Shown here piece by piece: positions 19,027 to 29,208 of a stretch of 49,849 nucleotides of DNA. The stretch comes from an uncultured Clostridia bacterium (lineage in GTDB: Bacteria > Bacillota > Clostridia > Lachnospirales > Lachnospiraceae): assembly GCA_947383425.1 (NCBI GenBank), contig CANDDE010000023.1:1-49849 (forward strand), read 5' to 3'. Position numbers and translations under genes: made by a program. The notes under the pieces were generated by a model. It searched no databases. It saw nothing but the letters and a program-made list of their open reading frames with translations, and was not told the origin of the DNA. Position 1 is the stretch's first letter. Each line of letters begins with the position of its first letter.

Positions 19027-21804
19027 TTACGTATCCATTTCGGATTCTTTTAATGTATACCATACTTTAAAAATTTCTCCTGCTATCGAAGCTGCCTTTT
19101 TACTTCCAGCTCCTCCCTCCTCTACAATTACACTTACTACAATTTCTGGTTTTTCTACTGAAGAAAATCCCACAAACCAAGAGTGCGCTTCTTTCTTTGG
19201 ATCCCATTCTGCCGTACCTGTCTTTCCGGCTACTGAATATTCTTCCAATCTAGCACGATATCCTGTTCCTTCTGTTACACACAAAGTCATCCATTCCGTC
19301 AGCTGTTTTGCTTCCTGTTCACTAATGGGTACTTGATAACGTTGAGGGCGATATTTTTTTATGGTATTCCCATGTACATCTGTAATTCGATCTACTAAAT
19401 AAGGTTTCATCATAACACCACCATTTGCAATGGTTGCTGTTATCATTGCCTGATGAAGTGGTGTTATCTCCACCGTACCCTGTCCGATTGCAGTTTGCAT
19501 AATCTCCCATTCAGGAGAACTATCCTTTAATTGAAATTGACTTGATACATATGATAATGCAACTGGTAAATCTTGATTAAACAAAAATTTTTCACACAGT
19601 TTTGAAAACTGTTCTATCGAAAGCTCTAAACCAATTTTTGCAAAAGCACCATTGCAAGACTTCGCAAAAGCCGTTTCAAATGAAATAGTTCCATGTACAG
19701 TTTGGTTTGAACATTGAATTGTTGCTCCATTATGTTGGTAAGAACCAGTACAATCATAAGAAAACTTTGAAATCTGATCTGGAAACTCTTTTAAATATTC
19801 TAATGCAGTTAAAATCTTAAATGTAGAACCAGGTGGATAACGTCCTTGCGTAGCACGGTTTAATAGATAGCTCTGTTCTCCATCTGAATCATCTGCAAGT
19901 GATTCCCAGATAGCTTCTATTTCGTTTGGATTATAATCTGGCTTCGAAACCATAGCAAGAATTTTTCCAGTCGATGGCTCCATCACTACAATAGCCCCTT
20001 TTTGACCTTCCAATTCCTCAGAAGCTGCTTTTTGAAGCGTATAATTTAAAGTCGTAATCAGTTGATTTCCCTTATCTTTTTCCCCTCTTAATTCATGTCC
20101 TATTTTTTCATAAATAGGTTCATCTGATGTTAAAAGCTGAAAGTTATAGATTTTTTCCAATCCATCTTTTCCACTCTGTGAATACCCTACTACATGGGAA
20201 AATAAATTCTCAAATGGATAAACTCTTTGCTCTGTTCCATCCTCCTTTGTTTCTGTCTTTGCAATCACTTTTCCATCTGCCGTAAGAATTGTACCACGTA
20301 CCACCTTTTTTGCGAAATCCTCCTGCCGCAGATTATAAGGATTGTTGATAACATCTTTACTCTCTACAAAAAGAAAATAACCAAGATAACACGGCATTAA
20401 TAGAAATAGTCCTGTAAATAGATACATAACAAAATAAAGTTCTCGATTCCAACTTGTTTTTCCCGATAAAATTCTTAGTCTTTCATCATCTGTATGTTTT
20501 TGTTCTTCCTCCCCTTTTCCTAGCCCTAGTTCTAATTCTGAAATATATAGTCCCTGTACAATTCCATACATTACAAGTGAACTTAGCATTGAACTTCCGC
20601 CACAACTTACAAATGGAATTGTTACCCCCGTAGATGGAATTAGTTTCATTGCTCCGCCAATTGTTAAAAATACCTGTATTCCATACTCACAAGCAAGCCC
20701 TAACGCCATATAACGATAAAAATGACTGTGCATCTGAATCGCTATATTTAAAATCAAAAGCAGACATCCTAAACAGATAAAAATAACACAGACTGCAACC
20801 AACCCGCCCAATTCTTCTGCAATTGCTGAGAAGAAAAAGTCCTCTTCTACAACTGGTATCTGGGAAGGAGAACCTTTATTTAATCCTACTCCTAACCAGC
20901 CTCCTGTTCCGATTGCAAAAAGAGACTGTGCAATCTGATACCCTTTACTTTCAATTACAGACCAGGGATCAATCCACGCTGTTACACGAGTCTGAATATG
21001 GGAAAATGTCTGATAAGCCAGATAGGAAGCACCTGCTCCCGCTAATAACCCGCCAAATAAATAAATCGGTCTTTTTGTAGCTACATAGACCATAAATACA
21101 AATACCAATGAAAAAATCAATGCACTTCCCAAATCAGTCGATGCCACTAAAATTAAAATATGCACAGCTGCTAAAATTCCTGTCTTTATTACCTGCTTCC
21201 AATCATCTCTTACTTCAAACATAGCAGCAATAAAAAATACATAACTAATTTTTACAAATTCAGAAGGTTGAAAAGAAACACCAAGTAATGCAATCGAAAG
21301 TTTAGCTCCATAACTGGTTTCTGCCAAAATCAAAACTACCAAAAGTAACACTACCCCAGCAATTCCATAAAGCCATGCAAACTTTCTTAACGATTTCCAC
21401 TTTTTCATAATATATGGAATCGCTGCCATAAAAAGTGTTCCTAATGCTAAAATCAAAAACTGTCGGTTTGCTTTTCCAATAGAAAGTCTTGCCAGCACAA
21501 GAAACCCTATCACCATTAGCATACAAACTAAACTAGTTAATAATCTAGAAGCTGCTGGATAAGCAATATGAAATAATGTTTCTAACAAAATTAAATAAAC
21601 TAATTCCGCCCCATATAAAAGGATTAGATTCTCATTTCCTGTAGAAAGAAATAAAGAAAAAAACCCAAGAAAATGTACCATAAACAGGCAAATATTTAAT
21701 ATTGTTACTTTTCTTTTTTTATAATAAGCAAAAGAATAATACGTATATACCATCATCAGCAAAATAATCAGATATTTTGACAGCTCTTGCATCAGACTAA
21801 CCAT
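19027..21804 (-). CDS. fused SEDS glycosyltransferase (FtsW/RodA/SpoVE) and class B penicillin-binding transpeptidase
   Basis: 925 aa. N-terminal about 430 aa polytopic with SEDS signatures (TGVTIPFVSCGGSS, AEELGG). C-terminal transpeptidase with STFK (GSTFKI), SCN and KTGT motifs. Single uninterrupted ORF. Confidence 0.8.
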   Translation of the reverse strand: MVSLMQELSKYLIILLMMVYTYYSFAYYKKRKVTILNICLFMVHFLGFFSLFLSTGNENLILLYGAELVYLILLETLFHIAYPAASRLLTSLVCMLMVIGFLVLARLSIGKANRQFLILALGTLFMAAIPYIMKKWKSLRKFAWLYGIAGVVLLLVVLILAETSYGAKLSIALLGVSFQPSEFVKISYVFFIAAMFEVRDDWKQVIKTGILAAVHILILVASTDLGSALIFSLVFVFMVYVATKRPIYLFGGLLAGAGASYLAYQTFSHIQTRVTAWIDPWSVIESKGYQIAQSLFAIGTGGWLGVGLNKGSPSQIPVVEEDFFFSAIAEELGGLVAVCVIFICLGCLLLILNIAIQMHSHFYRYMALGLACEYGIQVFLTIGGAMKLIPSTGVTIPFVSCGGSSMLSSLVMYGIVQGLYISELELGLGKGEEEQKHTDDERLRILSGKTSWNRELYFVMYLFTGLFLLMPCYLGYFLFVESKDVINNPYNLRQEDFAKKVVRGTILTADGKVIAKTETKEDGTEQRVYPFENLFSHVVGYSQSGKDGLEKIYNFQLLTSDEPIYEKIGHELRGEKDKGNQLITTLNYTLQKAASEELEGQKGAIVVMEPSTGKILAMVSKPDYNPNEIEAIWESLADDSDGEQSYLLNRATQGRYPPGSTFKILTALEYLKEFPDQISKFSYDCTGSYQHNGATIQCSNQTVHGTISFETAFAKSCNGAFAKIGLELSIEQFSKLCEKFLFNQDLPVALSYVSSQFQLKDSSPEWEIMQTAIGQGTVEITPLHQAMITATIANGGVMMKPYLVDRITDVHGNTIKKYRPQRYQVPISEQEAKQLTEWMTLCVTEGTGYRARLEEYSVAGKTGTAEWDPKKEAHSWFVGFSSVEKPEIVVSVIVEEGGAGSKKAASIAGEIFKVWYTLKESEMDT

Positions 21805-21819
21805 ACTACTACCTCCCTC

Positions 21820-24141
21820 TTACTCAATCCCCCGTTTCAAATGCCCTCTTGTAAATGCAAAAGGTTCCTCTGAAAATAAAATACCCTTTTGATACGCCTG
21901 AATAAATTTTGTAAGAATCTCTGTTACCTCTTTTACAGATTCCAGTGTAAAATCCAGCCGTATTGCACTAGGTAAAATTCGATCCACTTCTTTTTTTACA
22001 CTTAAAAGAGAAAGTGGTTTACAATTATATATTTTATTATAGCAAAATTTACACCTATTTTTTATTGTAAATTCATTGTTATAACGATCGGTTAAAAGAA
22101 GCGTTCCAGATTTGCAAGAACATCCTTTTAAATTTTTCATCGTACATTGTGCTGATACCATCATTGGTAAGTAGCCATATACCATTAACTCACTTCTTTT
22201 ATCTGCAATTTGTGCCAGCTCTCTTCCATTTAACTCTAAAGGAAGGGTTATTTGTTCTACATTCCACTGTTTTTCAAATACCTGCATACTTTCCGAATTA
22301 AATCCATAAAGAGAAGAATCCAATCGAATCGGTATTTCTTTTTCTTTTCTTTTTTCTTTTAGAAAAGAAAATTCATCTAAATTTCTTGCTACAAATCCAT
22401 CAATTCCTGCCTGTAACAATGATTGATATTCTTGTTCTAACCAATTCTTTGTCGTATCTCGAAAAATAGGTGGAAGCATATAATAAAACTTTTGATTTGG
22501 AAACCGTTTTTTATAACTTTTTACATCATCTGTTGAAAATTCACTTGCATCTAAATAAATCGAAGAAATTTCTGTAAATTTTGTTACTGCTTCTACATAT
22601 TCTTTTTTTTCTAAATAGACATTTATCTTATATTGACAAGCAGATTTTAATTCTCTTTTTTTATTTTTTATTTCCTTTAAATAAATCTCTTTTTGACTTT
22701 CTTCTCGATAAAATGGTTGCAGATATGCTGCCGTTAGTTGTTCTAATGCTGTTCTTCGCAATTCATTTAATTCTGTTATAGAAATAAAACTCTTTCCATC
22801 TGTTTCTATTAAAAGATTAGAAAAAGAAAATGGCGTTTTTCCGGTTTTTTCTATTTGTTTTGCAATATTTTCTTTTGTCATAGGCTGCTTTTCTGCCAAA
22901 GCAACCTCTTTTCCAAATACAGTAACACTTTGGTTTTGAAATTGAACAGTAAGTTTTGCCTTTTCTTTCGAATATATTCTTATTGTTCCATCAATTGCTT
23001 CCTTTGGCTCTACAGAGAGAAATTCTTTTCGAACTGCTTCAAAAAGTTCTTGATTTTTCTCCTCACTTTCTGCTTCTTTTCCCTGAAGAAACATCATATC
23101 TTTTCCGTTCTTTTCTATATAATATCCTTTTGTAAATCCACCCCGATTATAAAGATCATATAAAATTTTCTTATCCTTATCAGATACAGCAAATCCCTCT
23201 CTTCCATGCTCAATATAAATATCTAGATATTTGCGATAAACACTGACTACACCTGCTGTATATTCCGGCTTTTTCATCCTGCCTTCAATTTTAAGAGAAT
23301 AGACACCTGCTTCTAAAATATCTGGTAAAAGTTCTATACTGCACAAATCCTTTGGACTTAATTGGTAAGGTTCCTCCTTACGGTTCCATCTTTTTTTCTG
23401 TTCTTTCTCTTTTACCTGATAGGGAAGACGGCAAGGCTGTGCACAACGTCCTCGATTTCCACTTCTTCCTCCTGCCAAACTACTAAATAAACACTGTCCC
23501 GAATAGCAGTAACAAAGTGCTCCATGTATAAAACTTTCTATTTCTAAAGATTCTAACCCTTCTGTATGATGAATCTTTTGGATCTCCTCCAAGGAAAGTT
23601 CTCTTGCAGTTACAATTCGTACAGCTCCCATTTCTTTTAAAAGTTTTGCTCCATAAGGCCCCATCAAAGTCATCTGTGTACTAGCATGAATAGGAAGCTT
23701 GGGAAAATACTTTTGAATAAAAGAAAATACTCCAATATCCTGCACAATTACTGCATCTAATCCCTGTTGATAAAAAGGAAGTAAATAAGAATATAGTTTT
23801 TCCTGCATCTCTTGTTCTTTTAATAATGTATTAACTGTTAAATATAATTTTCTACCATGAAGATGAACAAAATCAATTGCAGATTTTAAGGTTTCTGTAT
23901 CTAGGTTGTTGGCATATGCTCTTGCACCAAACAGATTTCCCCCTAAATAAACCGCATCAGCACCTGCCAAAACAGCCGCCACCATCGTTTCATAGGAGCC
24001 AGCTGGTGCTAACAATTCTGCTTTTTTTGCATAACATGCCTGATACCTTTGACTTTTATATAACTCCATTCTTTTTTCCTCAATCTTTTCTTTTTTCTCT
24101 ATAAAGAATGTCATGTCTTCTTTCTGGGAATGACATGACAT
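21820..24141 (-). CDS. peptidase U32 family protein (large form)
   Basis: 773 aa. U32 N-terminal core (ELLAPAGS...AGADAVYLGG). Cys-rich C-terminal half. Confidence 0.8.
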   Translation of the reverse strand: MSCHSQKEDMTFFIEKKEKIEEKRMELYKSQRYQACYAKKAELLAPAGSYETMVAAVLAGADAVYLGGNLFGARAYANNLDTETLKSAIDFVHLHGRKLYLTVNTLLKEQEMQEKLYSYLLPFYQQGLDAVIVQDIGVFSFIQKYFPKLPIHASTQMTLMGPYGAKLLKEMGAVRIVTARELSLEEIQKIHHTEGLESLEIESFIHGALCYCYSGQCLFSSLAGGRSGNRGRCAQPCRLPYQVKEKEQKKRWNRKEEPYQLSPKDLCSIELLPDILEAGVYSLKIEGRMKKPEYTAGVVSVYRKYLDIYIEHGREGFAVSDKDKKILYDLYNRGGFTKGYYIEKNGKDMMFLQGKEAESEEKNQELFEAVRKEFLSVEPKEAIDGTIRIYSKEKAKLTVQFQNQSVTVFGKEVALAEKQPMTKENIAKQIEKTGKTPFSFSNLLIETDGKSFISITELNELRRTALEQLTAAYLQPFYREESQKEIYLKEIKNKKRELKSACQYKINVYLEKKEYVEAVTKFTEISSIYLDASEFSTDDVKSYKKRFPNQKFYYMLPPIFRDTTKNWLEQEYQSLLQAGIDGFVARNLDEFSFLKEKRKEKEIPIRLDSSLYGFNSESMQVFEKQWNVEQITLPLELNGRELAQIADKRSELMVYGYLPMMVSAQCTMKNLKGCSCKSGTLLLTDRYNNEFTIKNRCKFCYNKIYNCKPLSLLSVKKEVDRILPSAIRLDFTLESVKEVTEILTKFIQAYQKGILFSEEPFAFTRGHLKRGIE

Positions 24142-24150
24142 TTTCTATCC

Positions 24151-24615
24151 TTATTTATCCTGATTTTCATTCTTATCCTGCCCATCTTTGCTTCTTTTTT
24201 CATTTTGTGCTTTTCTAGTATGTGTTTTCTCTGCTTCTAAACGAATAATCGTTTTTTCCTGTTCACTTACTGTCTTTCGAAGAGCTTCTAATTCCAGCTC
24301 TTCCTCCTCCATTCGAAGTTTTAGTCCTACTAATTCATGTTTTAAATTCGAAATCTCCTTATTGCGCTCTTCTAATTCTAAACTTGCTGTATCTGCATTT
24401 TTCTTTGCTTTATAATAATCATCTGCTACATTGAGATACATCAGGATATTCTGCACCTCTCGGTTCTGACGTTTATATCCCTCTGCCATTCGTACCTCAG
24501 AAAGTTTTGCATTAATATATGCAGCAACTTTATTTAGGTATTCGGGGTCTTCGTATCCGCTTAATGTATATACTTTTCCGTCAATAACCACCTGTACATT
24601 ATTCTTTAGTGCCAT
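24151..24615 (-). CDS. zapA: cell division protein ZapA-like
   Basis: 154 aa. N-terminal ZapA fold pattern (VVIDGKVYTLSG...). C-terminal coiled coil. 9-nt gap to the U32 gene. Confidence 0.55.
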   Translation of the reverse strand: MALKNNVQVVIDGKVYTLSGYEDPEYLNKVAAYINAKLSEVRMAEGYKRQNREVQNILMYLNVADDYYKAKKNADTASLELEERNKEISNLKHELVGLKLRMEEEELELEALRKTVSEQEKTIIRLEAEKTHTRKAQNEKRSKDGQDKNENQDK

Positions 24616-24751
24616 CCAATATCCTCTCCCTGCATTATTCCTTTGTTATCATTAAACTTTATTATAATCAATTTCAGAAAAAAGCACAAGCATTTTATGA
24701 GAGGATTTTGTTTACCAAGATTCTCCAGTTTATAGTTCTATTCTGTTTTTT

Positions 24752-25744
24752 CTATTTTTTTAGTCCAAGATGTTGATAAGCCAAATCTGTTACAATTCTT
24801 CCACGAGGCGTCCTCTGTAAAAATCCATTTTGAATAAGATACGGTTCAATTACTTCTTCTAATGTTCCAGCATCTTCTCCTAAAGCTGCTGCCAATGTAT
24901 CTAATCCGCAAGGACCTCCTGTAAATTTTTGAATTAAAGTAATTAAAAACATCCGATCGCTATTATCTAGTCCATATTTATCCACTTCCAGCAAATCCAA
25001 CGCAAAATTTGCCACCTCTTCTGTAATAACTCCATGATATTTTACCTGTGCAAAATCTCGCACCCGCTTTAAAAGCCGATTTGCCAATCGAGGTGTGCCA
25101 CGACTTCTTCTTGCCATCTCCATTGCACCCGCAGCCTCAATTTCTACTTGCAATACCCTAGCAGAACGCATTAAAATTGTCTGCAATTCCTGCGGTGTAT
25201 AAAATTCTAATCGATGAATCACGCCAAATCGATCCCGAAGCGGTGCCGTTAAAAGTCCAGCTCTGGTTGTAGCACCTACCAAAGTAAATTTAGGTAAATC
25301 TAATCGGATGGATCGTGCTGTTGCGCCTTTTCCAATCACAATATCAATTGCAAAATCCTCCATTGCCGGATAAAGCACTTCTTCTACTTGTCGATTTAAC
25401 CGATGAATTTCATCAATAAATAATACATCTTTTTCTTGAAGATTATTTAAAATCGCCGCCAGCTCTCCTGGTTTTTCAATCGCAGGTCCAGAAGTAATCT
25501 TCATATTGGTTCCCATCTCATTTGCGATAATTCCAGCTAAAGTTGTTTTTCCAAGTCCAGGAGGACCATAAAATAATACATGGTCTAGTGGTTCTTTCCG
25601 GCTTTTCGCTGCTTCAATATATACTTTTAAATTTTCCTTTGCTTTTGCTTGACCAATATAATCTGCCAAAAGCTGTGGCCTTAGATGATTTTCCACACTA
25701 TTATCTTCTTCTGTTCGCTCTGTTGTTATCATTCTCTTTGCCAT
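24752..25744 (-). CDS. ruvB: Holliday junction branch migration DNA helicase RuvB
   Basis: 330 aa. AAA+ Walker A ([11 protein letters not shown]) and RuvB signatures. Confidence 0.95.
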   Translation of the reverse strand: MAKRMITTERTEEDNSVENHLRPQLLADYIGQAKAKENLKVYIEAAKSRKEPLDHVLFYGPPGLGKTTLAGIIANEMGTNMKITSGPAIEKPGELAAILNNLQEKDVLFIDEIHRLNRQVEEVLYPAMEDFAIDIVIGKGATARSIRLDLPKFTLVGATTRAGLLTAPLRDRFGVIHRLEFYTPQELQTILMRSARVLQVEIEAAGAMEMARRSRGTPRLANRLLKRVRDFAQVKYHGVITEEVANFALDLLEVDKYGLDNSDRMFLITLIQKFTGGPCGLDTLAAALGEDAGTLEEVIEPYLIQNGFLQRTPRGRIVTDLAYQHLGLKK

Positions 25745-25761
25745 ATAGAAATCCTTTCATC

Positions 25762-26367
25762 CTACCGACTCATCTTTTTTAAAGAAGCTTTTAACAAAGT
25801 TTCCACTGTCATATCCTCTGTTACTGTTACAGCACGAACGGCACGAAGTGCATCAGTTGGACTATATCCCAAAGCAGTCAGTGCTTGCACTGCCTCATTT
25901 TGTATCTCTTTTGTCTGTCCAACATCTTTTGCTTCTTTTGCCAACTTTTGTTCAAATACCTCTTCTAATTTTAATTTATCCTTTAACTCAATTACCATCT
26001 TTTGTGCTGTTTTACTGCCAATTCCTGGTGCTTTTGCAATCGTTTTTGCATCTCCTGCCAACACTGCAAACCGTAAATCATCTACAGAAATTGTAGAAAG
26101 AATAGCCAACGCTCCTTTTGGGCCAATTCCACTTACTCCCAAAAGAAGCCGAAATACTGTGATATCTTCTTTTTCTAAAAATCCATATAAATCTAAAATA
26201 TCTTCTCTGATATAGAGATAGGTAAAAATCTGTATCTCACTTCCTATTTCTGGAAGCATAGTAACCACAGTAGCAGGTACCTTTATCAAATAACCGATTC
26301 CATGATTTTCCACCACAACAAAATCTATTCCTACTTCTTTTAACTCACCTTTTATAAAAGAAATCAT
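25762..26367 (-). CDS. ruvA: Holliday junction branch migration protein RuvA
   Basis: 201 aa. RuvA domain I/II HhH motifs. Immediately upstream of ruvB. Confidence 0.9.
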   Translation of the reverse strand: MISFIKGELKEVGIDFVVVENHGIGYLIKVPATVVTMLPEIGSEIQIFTYLYIREDILDLYGFLEKEDITVFRLLLGVSGIGPKGALAILSTISVDDLRFAVLAGDAKTIAKAPGIGSKTAQKMVIELKDKLKLEEVFEQKLAKEAKDVGQTKEIQNEAVQALTALGYSPTDALRAVRAVTVTEDMTVETLLKASLKKMSR

Positions 26368-26548
26368 TGAAACTCTCCTTATGCTCTTTTTAATCCAATC
26401 TATTAAAAGTAATCGAACATAGATACGATTGTAACAGATCTTCCTCTATCTGGCAAGCATTTTAATACCCAGTTCCATTGCTCTATCTATCATTTTATTT
26501 CATAAACCAAAGCCCTCCTTTTTTCCTTATTATTTGTCTTATTTATCA

Positions 26549-26731
26549 CCAAGTAACTTTTTGATCTTTATGTGTATAATTTTTCATTTGTATTATTAAA
26601 TCTGATAAAATTTTTTTATAATATTCCTTTTGTTTTTCGTTTAGTTGATTTGTCTTTAAACATTCTTCAAAAACTTTTTGAAATTCTTTTAAATTTTCCT
26701 GTGCTGCATCTTTATAATTATTAGATTGATT
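26549..26731 (-). pseudogene. possible gene remnant (about 60-codon open frame without ATG start)
   Basis: Minus-strand frame reads NQSNNYKDAAQENLKEFQKVFEECLKTNQLNEKQKEYYKKILSDLIIQMKNYTHKDQKVTW then stop. Protein-like composition, but no canonical start codon. Lies in an 850-bp AT-rich non-coding tract. Confidence 0.2.
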
Positions 26732-26833
26732 TTATCTGTATCTTCTGCAAAATTGTTTCTAATTCAGAATTTTTCTTATTAAAAAATGGAAACACTCGGA
26801 TCCCTCCAATTTAGTTTTATTTTTTAGTACAAT

Positions 26834-26866
26834 ATAAAAACTCGGAGAGAAGTCTTTCTCTCCGAA
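26834..26866 (-). terminator. rho-independent terminator-like hairpin
   Basis: cggagaga-agtctt-tctctccg hairpin followed in minus sense by gttttta. Confidence 0.4.
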
Positions 26867-27216
26867 AATATTCTTTATTTTATTATTTTATTCCATTATA
26901 TAAATAAGGAAAGATTTTTTCAACCCTATTTTTATAAATTTTTCAACTAAAAACTTAGTATTAAATATATTAAAAGAAAAAATTTATTCGAATAAATTTT
27001 CATAAAACCATTTTTTCCATTTTCCAAAAAATAGTGATTCTAAATGAAACCACCTTAATTTCTAACTTTCAACATTTATAAATCGAAAATCCCTTAACAT
27101 TATTACTGTAAAGGGATTTTCTTATTCGTTTATTTATGATCCTACAATTGATGTAATCAATTTTGGTATATAATTACTCAAAGCAGAAGCAGTCATAACC
27201 AGAGCAAACAAATAAC

Positions 27217-27513
27217 TTATTGAGTTCCATAAATACCCGACGTAACCGCTGCATTTGTACTAATATAAGCCAAAGCTGTTGTTAGGCTTGCCTCTGGAAA
27301 ACTCCAGTGTACTACACTGTATCCCATTTCTCCCCAATCAGGTCCTCCAGATGCAACCAGCGTTGCATAAAATGCAAGAATGATACCAAAAATGCATACT
27401 GTAATTCCCTTTTCTACTTTTGAGTAAACCCCTTTTGAAAAGTAGCAATACATTAGAACCGCCAACATAATTAAAGCACCAATCTTCCAGTTTATTCCAA
27501 ACAACAAGTTCAT
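27217..27513 (-). CDS. hypothetical membrane protein; possibly a truncated remnant in-frame with upstream gerA-like gene
   Basis: 98 aa hydrophobic ORF. The reading frame is open for 34 more codons upstream, to the TAG stop of the gerA-like gene, in the same frame. Confidence 0.35.
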   Translation of the reverse strand: MNLLFGINWKIGALIMLAVLMYCYFSKGVYSKVEKGITVCIFGIILAFYATLVASGGPDWGEMGYSVVHWSFPEASLTTALAYISTNAAVTSGIYGTQ

Positions 27514-27615
27514 ACCTGCCCCAGTTCCAGAAATATTACCCAGTGTAAAAAATAAGCAAGCCTGCTTTATTAATTGAAAGGGAAAGCTGTTAAACAGCTT
27601 ACCTTTCTTATCTAA

Positions 27616-29034
27616 CTACTTATTTTCTGTTTGAGGCAAACTAATCCGAACAAATCTTCGCAAAAATTCTCGTCCATTAAATGGAAACAACGGATAAAGA
27701 TAACTTTTTCCAGAAAGCGTTCGGTTTTGACAAACACAAAAAATCGTAAATAATACTCCAAAAGCATAACCCCAAACCTGAAATACTTGCGTAAGTAATA
27801 ATGTAATCAATCGCATAAACTTAAGTGCAAAACCTAATTCAAAACTAGGCTGCGAATAATTTGCCAATACTACAAACGCCATATAAAGCATAGATTCCGA
27901 ATTAAACCATCCTGACTGTACCGCATAATCCCCTAATACCAAACCAGCAATTACACTTAATGGGGTACTCAGCATATTAGGTGTATTTACTGCCGCAAGC
28001 CGTAAACCGTCAATTGCAAATTCTAAAATAATCAACTGCCAAATTAAAGGGACTTGTATTTCCTCTGCTGGAAAAATAAATGCCAACCACTCTGGCACCC
28101 ACTCTGGATTTTTCATAAGAAGCAGCCAAGTAGGCGTTAATATCATCGTTAGTATCGTAATTAAAAATCGTGACAGCCGAAGATAAGTTCCTGTAACAGG
28201 AGGAAAATAATAATCATCTGCTTCCTCTAAAATATCAAACACAGAACAAGGTAAAATCATAGCAGATGGAGAATTATCTACCAAAACGGCAATTCCGCCT
28301 TCTAATATAGAGGCAGCAGCCGTATCCGGTCGTTCTGTATATTTATATTTTGGAAATGGATTCCACCATCCTCTTCTATAAAGACATTCTGCCAAACTTT
28401 CCTGATTCATTGTCAATGAATCAATATCAATCCCATTAATTCGTTGAATCAGCCCCTTTAAAAACTCTTGATCCACTCGATCCCTCATATAACAAACCGC
28501 AATATCTGTTTTTGAAGAACGTCCTACTGTATAGATTTCATTTGTCAATTCTATACTTCGAATCCGACGACGAATTAAAGCAGTATTAGACACAATCGTT
28601 TCCACAAAACCATCTCGTGAGCCACGCATCACTCTGTCTTTTTCTGGTTCTTCTACCCCTCTAGCAGGATAGGATCGACAATCAATCAAATATGCCTTTG
28701 TATATCCTTCTATAAATAAAACCACCACACCAGAAAGTACATTTTTTATAATAATATCCTCCGCCTCTTCCATTTCAACTTCCATATGAGATAGATATTC
28801 TTTTGAAAATTCCTCTGCATTCGATGGCATATTTTCTTTTTTTATACTAACAAAAGAAGCTGTCAATTTTTGCATCAGATCATCTTTTACAAAACCATTG
28901 ATAAAAAAATAAACAGATTCTCGTCCACCAATTAAAAATTCTTTATATAAAACATCAAAGCTGTCCTCTGTACGTAAAAGCTTTTTAAACCGATTAAAAG
29001 TGTTTTGAAAATCGGTTTTGTTTGTTTCACTCAT
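27616..29034 (-). CDS. spore germination protein, GerA (GerAA/KA) family
   Basis: 472 aa. GerA-family architecture: soluble N-terminal domain, then 4-5 TM helices. No gerAB or gerAC partners follow. Confidence 0.7.
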   Translation of the reverse strand: MSETNKTDFQNTFNRFKKLLRTEDSFDVLYKEFLIGGRESVYFFINGFVKDDLMQKLTASFVSIKKENMPSNAEEFSKEYLSHMEVEMEEAEDIIIKNVLSGVVVLFIEGYTKAYLIDCRSYPARGVEEPEKDRVMRGSRDGFVETIVSNTALIRRRIRSIELTNEIYTVGRSSKTDIAVCYMRDRVDQEFLKGLIQRINGIDIDSLTMNQESLAECLYRRGWWNPFPKYKYTERPDTAAASILEGGIAVLVDNSPSAMILPCSVFDILEEADDYYFPPVTGTYLRLSRFLITILTMILTPTWLLLMKNPEWVPEWLAFIFPAEEIQVPLIWQLIILEFAIDGLRLAAVNTPNMLSTPLSVIAGLVLGDYAVQSGWFNSESMLYMAFVVLANYSQPSFELGFALKFMRLITLLLTQVFQVWGYAFGVLFTIFCVCQNRTLSGKSYLYPLFPFNGREFLRRFVRISLPQTENK

Positions 29035-29147
29035 CTCTTCTCACCCTCTCCTTATTATTTCTTATTGATAAAAGATAGTATCTTCTCATTTTCTTAAAAT
29101 ATTCATACCTTAATTTTAATCTTTACTAGAAAATTTATCGTTCACTC

Positions 29148-29176
29148 TTGAGAAAAAGAAAAAAATTCACTATAAT
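29148..29176 (+). promoter_or_regulatory. sigma-A type promoter for YprB-like gene
   Basis: TTGAGA, 17-nt spacer, TATAAT. RBS aGGTGAg lies 7 nt before the ATG at 29209. Confidence 0.5.
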
Positions 29177-29208
29177 ACAATCAAAATTTATTCCTATGAG
29201 GTGAGAAT

